IMG/VR virus record: IMGVR_UViG_3300035164_000608
Span: 1 to 29,673 of that record
DNA from: a virus
Lineage: Duplodnaviria; Caudoviricetes
Length of the DNA stretch: 29,673 nt
Direction: 5' to 3' (one strand)
Below, piece by piece: positions 5,796 through 14,829 of this stretch (position 1 is its first letter; each line of letters starts with the position of its first letter). A program made the translations under genes and the position numbers. A model generated the notes under the pieces. The model ran no database searches. It was given only the letters and a program-made list of their open reading frames with translations, and was not told the origin of the DNA.

Positions 5796-7672
5796 GTTCC
5801 TGCAGCGACTCTTCCACCAGAAAATTGGTCTTGCATATTAGTAGCAGTTCCGCCAGAAATAAAAGCGGAGCTGCTACTAGTTCTAACACTATTATCTTTT
5901 ACTGAAGCATCTACAACTATAGGCTTTAAATTACCTCGATCGTTATATCCCATTTCACCAGCAACTTTAGTATTAATATCACCTAAGTTATTAACTAAAT
6001 TTTTATAAGATCCCGGGGATAGTACATCTGATTGTTTCTTTAAATTAGTATTAGCCAAATTAACATCTAAAAATTCATTAGGACTAGGACCAAATTGTTT
6101 TTTGCCTTGCCCCATTGCAGCTTTTCTAAGATCTGATTCCATAAAAGCTCTAGCAGCTTTTGCCTCTTCAGGTCCTAACTTAGGACTTCCACCTAATAAA
6201 AAATCAGCTAAGAATTGGCCAGCTCGATCTCCTGATACGTATCCTAAGTAACCTAACGCACCAGCACCAATTAAAGATCCTCCTGGGATAGGTGAAGCTA
6301 ATCCAACGGCGGCACCAAAAGAAGCAAACGAAGCGGCTCCAATAGATCTACCGAGTATTGGACCTAGTAATATCGCTTTTTGCTTGTCACTTAATGTTTT
6401 ATTATTAATAATATCTAAGACTTGAGGTAATTCTAAAGCAAAAGTGATTGCTCCAAATCCAGCTCCTCTAGCAAAATTTAGTACTTTTTGAAATCTCTTG
6501 TAATTTTCTAAAGTTTTTCCGCTGGCTTTGTCTAAATTACTTGCGCCATAGTTACCTGTTAATCTTACTGGTCGTTTTACTTTTATGTTCTTCGCGTACT
6601 GCTTAGCTAGTTCGCTACCAGCGATCGCTGTACCTGCAACTGCAAGTCCAGCTTGTCCTACATCTTTATTGACAGGAGCTAAATTTTCATTTCTTTTCTC
6701 TTGGTATTTTCTTAATTCATCGGTTGACATTTTAGACGGGTCTGTGTCTATTAAGCCTTGTGCAACACCGCCTTCCATATCTAAGCCTTGTACTTCTCCG
6801 GTAGGTGACATGTAGGTTAGTCCAAGTAAAGCTAAGATGCCAGCTACTTTTTTTCCTATAGGACCAGATTTACTAAATGCTTTTAACAGTCCTGTTAGTG
6901 TTTTCTTTCCAGCGCCAAAAGTAGCTTTAGGACTGACGAGTAAAGCTAAACCTCCAAGAGTTGCTAGAGATCCTGCTATATCTTTAGCTACGTTATCACT
7001 TTGGCCTGTTAAAAGTCTATTTGCTGCATTAACACCATCACCTACTAACCCGCTCATGGTCTTAACTGCGTTTCCTAGAGTACCTTTAATATCAGCATCG
7101 CCAAATATGTCTTTGGCCATGTTCTCTAAGTTAGTTCCTAAGTCTTTAAACGCTTGTTTAGTTTTTGGATTAGATAGTAGAGCTCCAGTTATCGCTCCTA
7201 TAAATCCGCCTTTTCTACCAAATATCGCACCACCTATTGCTGCTCCTGAAATAGTATTTGACAATGTAGTTCTTAATTGAGCAGAGGCCTGATCATTTCC
7301 AGTTACGAGTTTGTTAGCTATGGTGTCTGCCAGTCCAACTCCTAAAGCTGCTAAGAGCCCACGTTTTAATAACCTAGATCCTAACGCTTTTGCTAATCCT
7401 AAAGCTCCTCCAAGTGTTAATAAACTTCCTAGACCTTTGCCTAATCCAAGAGAAGGAAACTTAAACCCGCCACTTGTCTTTCCAGCAGAATCAGATTTTT
7501 GTTTACTAACTTCTACTCTTTGAGCTTTTCTTTCTCTTTCAGCTTCGAGATCGTCTCTTCTCTTTTCTTCGAGATATTTTAAGAAACCTTCAATACCTCT
7601 ACTCGTAGTTTGAGTGTTCTCATCTACTGAAATTAAAGTTTGGTTTATATCAGCTAAAGTTACTGTCGCCAT
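5792..7672 (-). CDS. Putative tail tape measure / baseplate hub protein (gp29-like)
   Basis: 626 aa, Gly/Ala/Leu-rich helical composition with GAAIG/GAAVG...PIPGG motifs; directly downstream of gp26/gp51. Called from composition and position. Confidence 0.65.
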   Translation of the reverse strand: MATVTLADINQTLISVDENTQTTSRGIEGFLKYLEEKRRDDLEAERERKAQRVEVSKQKSDSAGKTSGGFKFPSLGLGKGLGSLLTLGGALGLAKALGSRLLKRGLLAALGVGLADTIANKLVTGNDQASAQLRTTLSNTISGAAIGGAIFGRKGGFIGAITGALLSNPKTKQAFKDLGTNLENMAKDIFGDADIKGTLGNAVKTMSGLVGDGVNAANRLLTGQSDNVAKDIAGSLATLGGLALLVSPKATFGAGKKTLTGLLKAFSKSGPIGKKVAGILALLGLTYMSPTGEVQGLDMEGGVAQGLIDTDPSKMSTDELRKYQEKRNENLAPVNKDVGQAGLAVAGTAIAGSELAKQYAKNIKVKRPVRLTGNYGASNLDKASGKTLENYKRFQKVLNFARGAGFGAITFALELPQVLDIINNKTLSDKQKAILLGPILGRSIGAASFASFGAAVGLASPIPGGSLIGAGALGYLGYVSGDRAGQFLADFLLGGSPKLGPEEAKAARAFMESDLRKAAMGQGKKQFGPSPNEFLDVNLANTNLKKQSDVLSPGSYKNLVNNLGDINTKVAGEMGYNDRGNLKPIVVDASVKDNSVRTSSSSAFISGGTATNMQDQFSGGRVAAGT

Positions 7673-7675
7673 ATC

Positions 7676-7858
7676 TTACCTCTGCGTCTCAGCCTGTATT
7701 TGTTGTTCTCTGAGATGATCGTTTAATAACATTAAATATACCTCTCTCTCCCACGGCATCATTTCTTCTAGTTCTGTTAATGAATAGTTAAAATTCTGCA
7801 TCATTAAAAAATTCGTCTTGAAATAGTTCTCCAACGTTTCATGAGAGAGGTTTACTAA
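7676..7858 (-). CDS. gp51: gp51-like baseplate hub assembly domain (60 codons; probably the -1 frameshift extension of gp26)
   Basis: Not in the ORF track. Minus-strand reading LVNLSHETLENYFKTNFLMMQNFNYSLTELEEMMPWEREVYLMLLNDHLREQQIQAETQR* carries the YSLTELExMxPWERxVY signature. First ATG is at 7804. Confidence 0.85.
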   Translation of the reverse strand, partial: LVNLSHETLENYFKTNFLMMQNFNYSLTELEEMMPWEREVYLMLLNDHLREQQIQAETQR

Positions 7859-8571
7859 AAAAAATCTTGCAGCCCTCTCAGTGTTATCTTATTTAAGTGC
7901 TTACACTTTATACATTCAAAATCTATTTCATGCGATAAAGTTGGAAGACCTTCAACAAAATCTGTCAACTTTTCCAATTGCTTGTTAGTTAAAGAATTTA
8001 CAAAAGTATCGATCTCTTCGTTTGACTCATGCGCTAAAAGAATATTTTCATCTTTTGTCTGTATCGCATGCATGCAGGATTTTATAGAATCCATTAGCAT
8101 ATTTGTAGCTGAAGCTTTTTCTCCGGAAAATATATTACTAGCTATCACGTCATTGTATGTAGGATATTTCATCTCTACACTTATATCATCATTAATCGGT
8201 ATAATAGTTTCTTTAAGCTCTTTATTTTCCATTTGCACTTCTTGAAGATTAATCTTTACTTCGTTCTGTTCATTACACTCTGAACAAGCGTAAAGTACAG
8301 TTGATGTCTCTCCAACTGACTTTGAACGTAGTTGTGTAAATATATAATCTACATCAAAAGTTGCTAGCTTACTTATTTTAACGCCTGGGACACAAGATTC
8401 TATACTTACCAGCATTGTGTCTAGTATCTGTTTAGGATCTTGTGATTCAAAAGCGACTAGCATACTTTTTTGTTCTTTTACTAAAAAAGGTCTGTACTTA
8501 ACAGTCTCTTTAGTAGAAGGAATAACCATTTCGTAAACTGGTCTATCATTTGATAATTTTGGCAAAGCCAT
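7855..8571 (-). CDS. gp26: Baseplate hub assembly protein gp26
   Basis: MALPKL...YRPFLVKEQK...FDVDYIFTQLRSKSVGE, two CxxC motifs, ends GLQDFF. AAGGAG favours ATG 8571. Confidence 0.9.
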   Translation of the reverse strand: MALPKLSNDRPVYEMVIPSTKETVKYRPFLVKEQKSMLVAFESQDPKQILDTMLVSIESCVPGVKISKLATFDVDYIFTQLRSKSVGETSTVLYACSECNEQNEVKINLQEVQMENKELKETIIPINDDISVEMKYPTYNDVIASNIFSGEKASATNMLMDSIKSCMHAIQTKDENILLAHESNEEIDTFVNSLTNKQLEKLTDFVEGLPTLSHEIDFECIKCKHLNKITLRGLQDFF

Positions 8572-8583
8572 TACATTCACTCC

Positions 8584-9240
8584 TTATAATATATCAATTC
8601 CACCTAATGGTGTATCAATGTCCATGTTAATGAACCCTTGTGTTCTTGACGATCTTCTCCAGTTAGTGTAAGCTAATGATACACTAAATTGAACTAAGCC
8701 GTCAAGATCGTTGCTTAGTTCTACCGCACTTGTTGCGATTGGAAACGCTTCTAATAAATCTACTGAGTAAACAGTTCCACCACCTATACCGGCACTGAAT
8801 CTTATAGGTCCTACTTGTTTACTAAAACCTGCTAAAGGCTGCCTTAACTGGTGTATTGTTACTGTTCTAGCATATTCGTTTTTATAACCTGCCGTCATGT
8901 TTGCTTCATCTAAAACAACTGTTCTCCACGTATCAAAATATTCTTTAACGCCATAGTCATTCATAAGATAAAAGGTCATGTTAACGTCGTCAACTGCATA
9001 GCCATAAGCCATCTTTTGAAATTCCATACCAATTCTTCTTTCATTAGTAAGTATTTGTTTTGCTGGTAACGTTGCGTTAGAACACAAGATGTTTAGTTCT
9101 CTTACATTAGCTCCTTCTGTAAAAAACCCAAATAATCCACCGCCACCAAAAGATGGTAAAGTTACTAAAAATCTATTATTTCTTGCAAAACCTAACTTGG
9201 TGTTAGCTAAAGCTTTTAATTCATCTACACTACTAGCCAT
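8584..9240 (-). CDS. gp54: Baseplate-tail tube initiator (gp54-like, tail tube fold)
   Basis: ARNNRFLV, LCSNATLP, YFDTW, YKNEY, LLEAFP...ELS...FSVSLAY pattern of the gp54/gp19 family. Confidence 0.7.
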   Translation of the reverse strand: MASSVDELKALANTKLGFARNNRFLVTLPSFGGGGLFGFFTEGANVRELNILCSNATLPAKQILTNERRIGMEFQKMAYGYAVDDVNMTFYLMNDYGVKEYFDTWRTVVLDEANMTAGYKNEYARTVTIHQLRQPLAGFSKQVGPIRFSAGIGGGTVYSVDLLEAFPIATSAVELSNDLDGLVQFSVSLAYTNWRRSSRTQGFINMDIDTPLGGIDIL

Positions 9241-9823
9241 TTGCTATCTTCCTTGAATCTGAATATATTCTTCCTGCTGTAGATTTTTCCCACTGTGCCG
9301 TAGGTAGAAATGTTGCAATCTCCCATTCAGGAGCTGGTATTTCTGCAAACCTAGTCTTAACATGATTTAGTAAATAATGTTTGAAGCAGGGTTTAAAGTA
9401 TCTTGTATTTCTAGAACCATTTAATAGTTTATAAGTTAAATTAAATTTTGTAGACTCATCATATTTTTTATTGTTAGTTATGTTTAGCAAAGCGTCTAAA
9501 AATTTAGCTCTTAATATCGGTGGTAAATAATGTAAATTAATTCCTCTAAATCCACCTTTAGCTGGCTCAACAGGTATTGTTAATGGAAATCTATCGTAAT
9601 AAGGCAGTTTATCTTTATGTTTTGGATCATAAACGTACATAAACATCCCGCCATAACTGTGAGTAGCTCTCTTAGTTACTTCAGGTTCTCTCATTAATTG
9701 ATCTCTATTAACTCTTGTTAATCTTTGAACTCTTCTTCTAAACCAGTCGCGTGACTCGCGCGTACGTGGATTTATACCTTTTCTAAAAGCTTCAAGTTCA
9801 AGTTTTTGAAATAGATTACTCAT
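9233..9823 (-). CDS. gp2: DNA end protector protein gp2
   Basis: YDPKHKDKLPYYDRFPL...GINLHYLPP..RAKFLD.L...KPCFKHYL..HV...W..A.FLPT. Confidence 0.93.
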   Translation of the reverse strand: MSNLFQKLELEAFRKGINPRTRESRDWFRRRVQRLTRVNRDQLMREPEVTKRATHSYGGMFMYVYDPKHKDKLPYYDRFPLTIPVEPAKGGFRGINLHYLPPILRAKFLDALLNITNNKKYDESTKFNLTYKLLNGSRNTRYFKPCFKHYLLNHVKTRFAEIPAPEWEIATFLPTAQWEKSTAGRIYSDSRKIANG

Positions 9824-9828
9824 GATTC

Positions 9829-9836
9829 TATTTATA
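9829..9836 (-). promoter_or_regulatory. T4-type late promoter TATAAATA (gp2 operon)
   Basis: Minus strand reads TATAAATA-GAATC-ATG. Confidence 0.75.
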
Positions 9837-9837
9837 A

Positions 9838-10341
9838 CTATTTTCTGCGTTTTTTGCGCCTAAATGGTTTAAGCTTTGGCAATGATTTGAGTTTACCTGG
9901 GACTGGTTTTTTCATGAGCTTCATCTCTTGTAAAGTCTTTTCAGTCCACACTTGAAACTCCCATCCTCTATCTTTTGCGTATTCGTTCGCTGCTTGCCAC
10001 TTGTTCATGTTCTTGATGTATGTTAATCCTTCAGTGATATATCTCTTTGTTCTTCTTTCTCCTGTCGGAGGCATAGTTTCTTTTTCTGGCTTAATTTCAA
10101 CTAGCACTGTCTTATTGTCATCATATGTTATTTTCATATCAACAAAGTATCTGTGGTATTTTTTATCAACTTCGTAAAAGTATGGAACAACAACTTCTTC
10201 GGAACTCCACTTCTTAACTTTTGGATTCTTATCGCACCATTGAAAAACTGCCTTCTCCCAAAGCGACCTATATACTATATTAGAAGAATCTCCGCTGTAT
10301 TTGCTGTGATTTTTGATTGAATATCTACCTGAATATACCAT
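9838..10341 (-). CDS. gp4: Head completion protein gp4 (TnsA-like nuclease fold)
   Basis: KYSGD..NIVYRSLWE...WCD.NP....WSSEE..VPY...HRYFVD...EIKP...N..KW.AA.......F..WTE. Confidence 0.93.
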   Translation of the reverse strand: MVYSGRYSIKNHSKYSGDSSNIVYRSLWEKAVFQWCDKNPKVKKWSSEEVVVPYFYEVDKKYHRYFVDMKITYDDNKTVLVEIKPEKETMPPTGERRTKRYITEGLTYIKNMNKWQAANEYAKDRGWEFQVWTEKTLQEMKLMKKPVPGKLKSLPKLKPFRRKKRRK

Positions 10342-10350
10342 GAGTTTTGT

Positions 10351-10358
10351 TATAAATA
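10351..10358 (+). promoter_or_regulatory. T4-type late promoter TATAAATA (baseplate operon)
   Basis: Exact consensus in the divergent gp4/gp48 intergenic gap. Confidence 0.8.
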
Positions 10359-10381
10359 GAAAAATAAAACTTTAATAAAAC

Positions 10382-10389
10382 TATGTATA
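10382..10389 (-). promoter_or_regulatory. Possible late promoter variant TATACATA for gp4
   Basis: One mismatch to consensus on the minus strand, about 40 bp upstream of the gp4 start. Confidence 0.4.
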
Positions 10390-10399
10390 AGGAAATGCT

Positions 10400-11773
10400 A
10401 TGCCACCATTTAATTTTCCCGCTGTTCAGAGCGGAACACTAAAAAAAGGTCCTAGCGGAGAAAACTTATCTTTTGTTGATGATGCTCAAGGTTCGCTTTC
10501 TAGAAATTTTAAAACTGTAACATCAACAGGAACGTCAGAAAATAGAAGCGAAGAACTACCTGCAGGTCAAACGTTAAGATCTAGAGGGCAAACTTTTCAA
10601 TTTCCTCAAAAAACAGGAGATCCAGCTTATCAAGCAAGAGTTTCTTTTAAAATGTACGCTTTAAAACCAAATCAACCTGGGGCAACAAGTAAAAGTCACG
10701 TTAAAACTCTAGAAGATAATTTGGCTCCTAAAGGAACTAATCAGTTTTTTTCTAATGATGCAAATTTATCTATAGGTCCTCAAACTATAAATTCATCATT
10801 AAAAACACTAGAAGGAGACGATGACGAAGCTTTAGAAGCACTAGAAAGACGGCTTGATACTGCAGCAGCAACTGCTTCTAGAAATAACATAGTAGCTGGT
10901 GGAGTAGATGGTGTAGCTCAAGCAAGTCTTTCTGCAGACTTTAAAAGTTTTGCCGGAGATAAGTTTAAAGCTTTAGGCGCAGCAGTAACTAATAACTTAA
11001 CTAAAGCTGGTTTAAATACTTTACAAGGTGGTCTTTCTTTTCAACCTGTAACAGAAGCCCCTGTAGTAGACATGTACTTTCCTTTAACTTTACAGTTTGT
11101 AGACAATGCACAATATGATAATGCAGAACTTGGTTTTTTTGGAGCATCTGCAACTGCAGCAGCTGAAGCAGGAGCTGGAGTATTAGGATCTACAATAGGA
11201 GCTTTAGTAGACGGAACTACTAACGTATTTGATATTTTTAGAGGAAATGCTCAATTAGGAGAAGCAGCTTTAAGACTAAGTGCAGCTAGAGGTATTAACG
11301 CAATAGGATCTTTAGGCGCTACTGGTATCAGAAACGCTTTAACTTTACAAAATAGAGTGGTAGTAAATCCAAACGTAAGAGCTTTATTCAGAGGCGTAGC
11401 TTTAAGAGAATTTACTTTTCAATTTAAGATGATAGCAGAAAGCGCAACAGAAGCCGAAGTGATACGTCAAATAGTAAAACACTTTCGAAAAGAGATGTAT
11501 CCAGACGCTTTTAGTGCTAATTTAGCTGATGGTGTCTCAGCTGACTTAGGTTTTAAGTTTCCTAATGTTTTTAAAATTACTTTTAAATATAGAGGTTCAG
11601 AAAATAAAAAGTTACCTCAGATTAAATATTGTTATCTAAGAAACGTAAGTCATACTATAAATCCTACGGGAGGAACTTTTAGAAGAGATGGCCAAGCAAA
11701 TGAGATTGATCTTACTTTAAGCTTTGTTGAATATAAGACTTTAACTAGAAAAGATATTGATGAGGGATTCTAA
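10400..11773 (+). CDS. gp48: Baseplate tail tube cap gp48
   Basis: VVNPNVRALFRGVALREFTFQFKM...EA..I..IVK.FR..MYP...FPNVF.I...C.L...Y...L.LSF.E. Confidence 0.88.
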   Translation: MPPFNFPAVQSGTLKKGPSGENLSFVDDAQGSLSRNFKTVTSTGTSENRSEELPAGQTLRSRGQTFQFPQKTGDPAYQARVSFKMYALKPNQPGATSKSHVKTLEDNLAPKGTNQFFSNDANLSIGPQTINSSLKTLEGDDDEALEALERRLDTAAATASRNNIVAGGVDGVAQASLSADFKSFAGDKFKALGAAVTNNLTKAGLNTLQGGLSFQPVTEAPVVDMYFPLTLQFVDNAQYDNAELGFFGASATAAAEAGAGVLGSTIGALVDGTTNVFDIFRGNAQLGEAALRLSAARGINAIGSLGATGIRNALTLQNRVVVNPNVRALFRGVALREFTFQFKMIAESATEAEVIRQIVKHFRKEMYPDAFSANLADGVSADLGFKFPNVFKITFKYRGSENKKLPQIKYCYLRNVSHTINPTGGTFRRDGQANEIDLTLSFVEYKTLTRKDIDEGF

Positions 11774-12519
11774 TGCAGTACTTTCAAGATTTTCAAAATT
11801 TATTATATACCTTTGGAGAAGAAGTAGATCCAGTAGTATTTCAAGATATTTCAAGATATTCAGATGTTGTTGATCAAATAAAAGATAATTTACTTTTTTA
11901 TAATTTTCATACGATACAAGAAGGTTTTAGACCAGATCAAGTTTCTATACAATTATACGGTTCTCCTCTTTATTACTGGACATTCTACTTACTAAACGAT
12001 GATATACGAGAACAAGGCTGGCCACTCACAAGACCTGAACTCGACGTCTATATAAAAAAATCATTTCCAAACACGGTGTTAGTTACTAGAGATAAGATAT
12101 CAGATAAATTTAAAGTAGGACAAGTGGTAACAGGAACTATTTCTGGAGCTAGCGGTACTATTATCAGACGTAATTTAAACTTAGGACAAATTGTTATAAA
12201 AGGAGATGCTTCTTTTTCTGCTGCTGGAGAACTGTTGCAATCTACAAACTCCTCCGGAACAGTTGAAACGATTACTACTATATCTAGAATAAAAGAATAT
12301 TTATCTGCTAGTCATTACATTAATGATAGTGGCTTAATAGTAGATCTTGGAATTGATAGTGCCACAGGAGGGTTATTAGCAGCAGGGGCGCAACAAACAG
12401 AAAAAACTTTAGAAGATGTTTATATCGCTAATAATGAAAACCTTAGACAAATTAAAGTAATAAAGCCTTCTGTTCTTGGCAGCGTAATATCTAGTTATAA
12501 AAAGGCTATAAGAGAATAA
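11773..12519 (+). CDS. gp53: Baseplate wedge subunit gp53
   Basis: MQYF..F, IQEGFRPDQVS..LYGSP.YYWTF.LLND.....WP, and C-terminal NE..R.IK.IKP. Confidence 0.9.
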   Translation: MQYFQDFQNLLYTFGEEVDPVVFQDISRYSDVVDQIKDNLLFYNFHTIQEGFRPDQVSIQLYGSPLYYWTFYLLNDDIREQGWPLTRPELDVYIKKSFPNTVLVTRDKISDKFKVGQVVTGTISGASGTIIRRNLNLGQIVIKGDASFSAAGELLQSTNSSGTVETITTISRIKEYLSASHYINDSGLIVDLGIDSATGGLLAAGAQQTEKTLEDVYIANNENLRQIKVIKPSVLGSVISSYKKAIRE

Positions 12520-12520
12520 T

Positions 12521-13873
12521 ATGTCTGAATTCGTAGTTGAAAATCAATCAGAATATAATATACTGAAAGCAGAAATAACTAGCAATAGAGCTGAAATAGG
12601 TATTGACATTAAGAATGTAATAACTGATCTTACTATTTATGAACATATTGAAAAGCCTTATTTAACAGCAAAAATAGTATTTACAGATCAACACAATATA
12701 ATACAAGATATTGATTTTCAAGGAGGAGAAAAAATATCACTTAAGCTAGTCCATTCTGAAGAAAAAGAAACTGGCTTTGAGATTTCAAAAGAATTTGTAA
12801 TAGACAACATAGAAAACATAATTAAAGCTGATGAGCGAAGCGAAACAGTTATGATTAACTGTACAGAATATCATATGTTTGAGTCTACTGTTCTTAATGT
12901 AAATAAAGTTTATACTGGCTCAGCTTCCAGTATGATAAGAAAAATACTCAGAGACTTTTTAGATAAAAGTGTGGCAATTACTTCTGCTGATTCAGTGTCA
13001 GATATGAAAGTAATAGTACCAAACATGCATCCTATTGAAGCTTGCATGTGGCTTAAACAAAGGATGACTTCAGTTGACGGTATGCCTTATTATTTTTTCT
13101 CAGCTATGGGAGTCGATAATCTTATTCTTAAAGATCTTGGAACTATACTAGACGAAAAAACTCCTATAAACATAGAAAGACCATATATTTACGCTCCAAG
13201 TGTAAATTCTGACGAAGTCTCTATGCAAAAGTACTATGCTATTCAAAGCTTTAGTTATAGAGACGGAGAAAATTTAGTAAGATTAATAGAAAAAGGATTA
13301 GTAGGAGCTCAATATTCTTTTTATGATACACTTACTGGATTACCACAAGTTTCTCACTTTGATATAGAAGGAGATGTTCTTAGAGGTTTAACTGCAGATA
13401 AAAGATTAGGCGGGCAAAATACTAGACACGTGTATGGAAGTGACTATACTGTTAATGGAACAAAACTTACTCAGTACAATTCTAAAATAATTACTGAAAT
13501 ATCTGCATCTGGTGCTTACACTCAAGGAAATGTAAGAAACAATAGTTATAACAGTGAAACATTATCTAGCTCTTATAAGAAAAAAACTATAAGTAATGCA
13601 TTAAGAGAATTCATGAGCAAAGCACCTCTAGAAATATCAGTAAAGAGTAGAGAGTTTTTAACTGGAGACGCTAACTATTCAGTAGGTAAACTAATTAGAA
13701 TAATATTTTTAGATAATGCTCCAGAAAGAGATGAACAAAGAGCTGTCATAGATCATAAGTTATCCGGAGATTATCTTATATGTGCAGCTAAACATGACTT
13801 AAATAATTTTAGAGGAGTTACTCAATTGTTGTGTGGTAAGCTTGGATCTTTTGGCGGAGAATTTGAATTATGA
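12521..13873 (+). CDS. Baseplate hub protein (gp27-like)
   Basis: 450 aa between gp53 and gp5; IYEHI..P.LT, GGEKI, VPNMHP..A..WL, LSGDYLI....H motifs of hub proteins. Confidence 0.65.
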   Translation: MSEFVVENQSEYNILKAEITSNRAEIGIDIKNVITDLTIYEHIEKPYLTAKIVFTDQHNIIQDIDFQGGEKISLKLVHSEEKETGFEISKEFVIDNIENIIKADERSETVMINCTEYHMFESTVLNVNKVYTGSASSMIRKILRDFLDKSVAITSADSVSDMKVIVPNMHPIEACMWLKQRMTSVDGMPYYFFSAMGVDNLILKDLGTILDEKTPINIERPYIYAPSVNSDEVSMQKYYAIQSFSYRDGENLVRLIEKGLVGAQYSFYDTLTGLPQVSHFDIEGDVLRGLTADKRLGGQNTRHVYGSDYTVNGTKLTQYNSKIITEISASGAYTQGNVRNNSYNSETLSSSYKKKTISNALREFMSKAPLEISVKSREFLTGDANYSVGKLIRIIFLDNAPERDEQRAVIDHKLSGDYLICAAKHDLNNFRGVTQLLCGKLGSFGGEFEL

Positions 13874-14811
13874 GAGAGTTTTACGGAGATACTACTAGAT
13901 GGTTTATTGGAGTTGTCGTTGACAATAACGACCCGTTAAGATTAGATCGTGTAAGAGTTAGAATACATGGTGTGCATGGTTCTGATACTTCTATGATAGA
14001 TACACCAGATCTTCCATGGGCTCAAGTGGCTATACCTGTTACAGAAGGCGGAAGTTCTGGATTAGGAGCTAACTCGCAATTAAAAGTAAGAGCTCAAGTT
14101 TTTGGATTATTTTTAGATGGACAAAACTCTCAATTACCTTTGATCTTAGGTTCTATACCAAAGATTGAAACTAAAAAAAATGAAGTTAATGATGGAGTTA
14201 AAACTACCGAAGTTGAAGAGAACGCTCCTTCGACTATTCAAAGTGTGGCTATAACTCAAACTACCCTGGCTAACTTAGATAATGAATTGGAAGGTGTTAC
14301 AAACATTGAAAAAATATTTAATTTTTTTATATCTGAAAAAGGAGGTCCATTTAGTGAAGAGCAAACTTCTGCTATGGTAGGACATTTTATTCATGAAGCT
14401 GGTAAGACTAAAGCTGGAGATATTAAAATAGATGCTTTGTCTGGAACAGATAAAATTACTTTAGCGGACGGCACAGTGGTTCAAGGATTTGGAATAGCGC
14501 AATGGAATCCTCAAGCTAAAGGTGGCTATGATAAATCTAGGCTTGCAGAACTAATAAACTTTTCTACACTAAGAAAGTTAGATTATAAATCTTTATATGC
14601 TCAAGTTAATTTTGTCAAACATGAACTAAATACTACAGAAAAATCAGCAAAAAGAAAATTGTTAGCTACTAAAACTGTGGAACAAGCTACAAAAGCTTTC
14701 GACTATTATGAAAGGCCTGAAGGATTTAAGTACAGTCCTTATCAACCATCAAAGAGCATAGATAAAAGATTAAAAAACGCTAGAGAAGTGTATGCTAAAT
14801 TTACCACATAA
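13870..14811 (+). CDS. gp5: gp5 N-terminal OB-fold fused to a phage-tail-lysozyme (lysozyme_2-like) domain
   Basis: WFIGVVVDNNDPLRLDRVRVRIHGVH...LPWA...VFGLFLDG..SQ.P.ILGSI, then HEAG...FGIAQW...R...Q..FV.HEL...YERP...R...A. No beta-helix. Confidence 0.85.
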   Translation: MREFYGDTTRWFIGVVVDNNDPLRLDRVRVRIHGVHGSDTSMIDTPDLPWAQVAIPVTEGGSSGLGANSQLKVRAQVFGLFLDGQNSQLPLILGSIPKIETKKNEVNDGVKTTEVEENAPSTIQSVAITQTTLANLDNELEGVTNIEKIFNFFISEKGGPFSEEQTSAMVGHFIHEAGKTKAGDIKIDALSGTDKITLADGTVVQGFGIAQWNPQAKGGYDKSRLAELINFSTLRKLDYKSLYAQVNFVKHELNTTEKSAKRKLLATKTVEQATKAFDYYERPEGFKYSPYQPSKSIDKRLKNAREVYAKFTT

Positions 14812-14829
14812 GCATGGAGTAACTTAAGT

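Noticed and set aside
9838-10341. TnsA-like nuclease as evidence of a transposon
   Set aside because: It is the core T4 gp4 head completion gene in its normal context next to gp2; no terminal repeats or other transposition genes.
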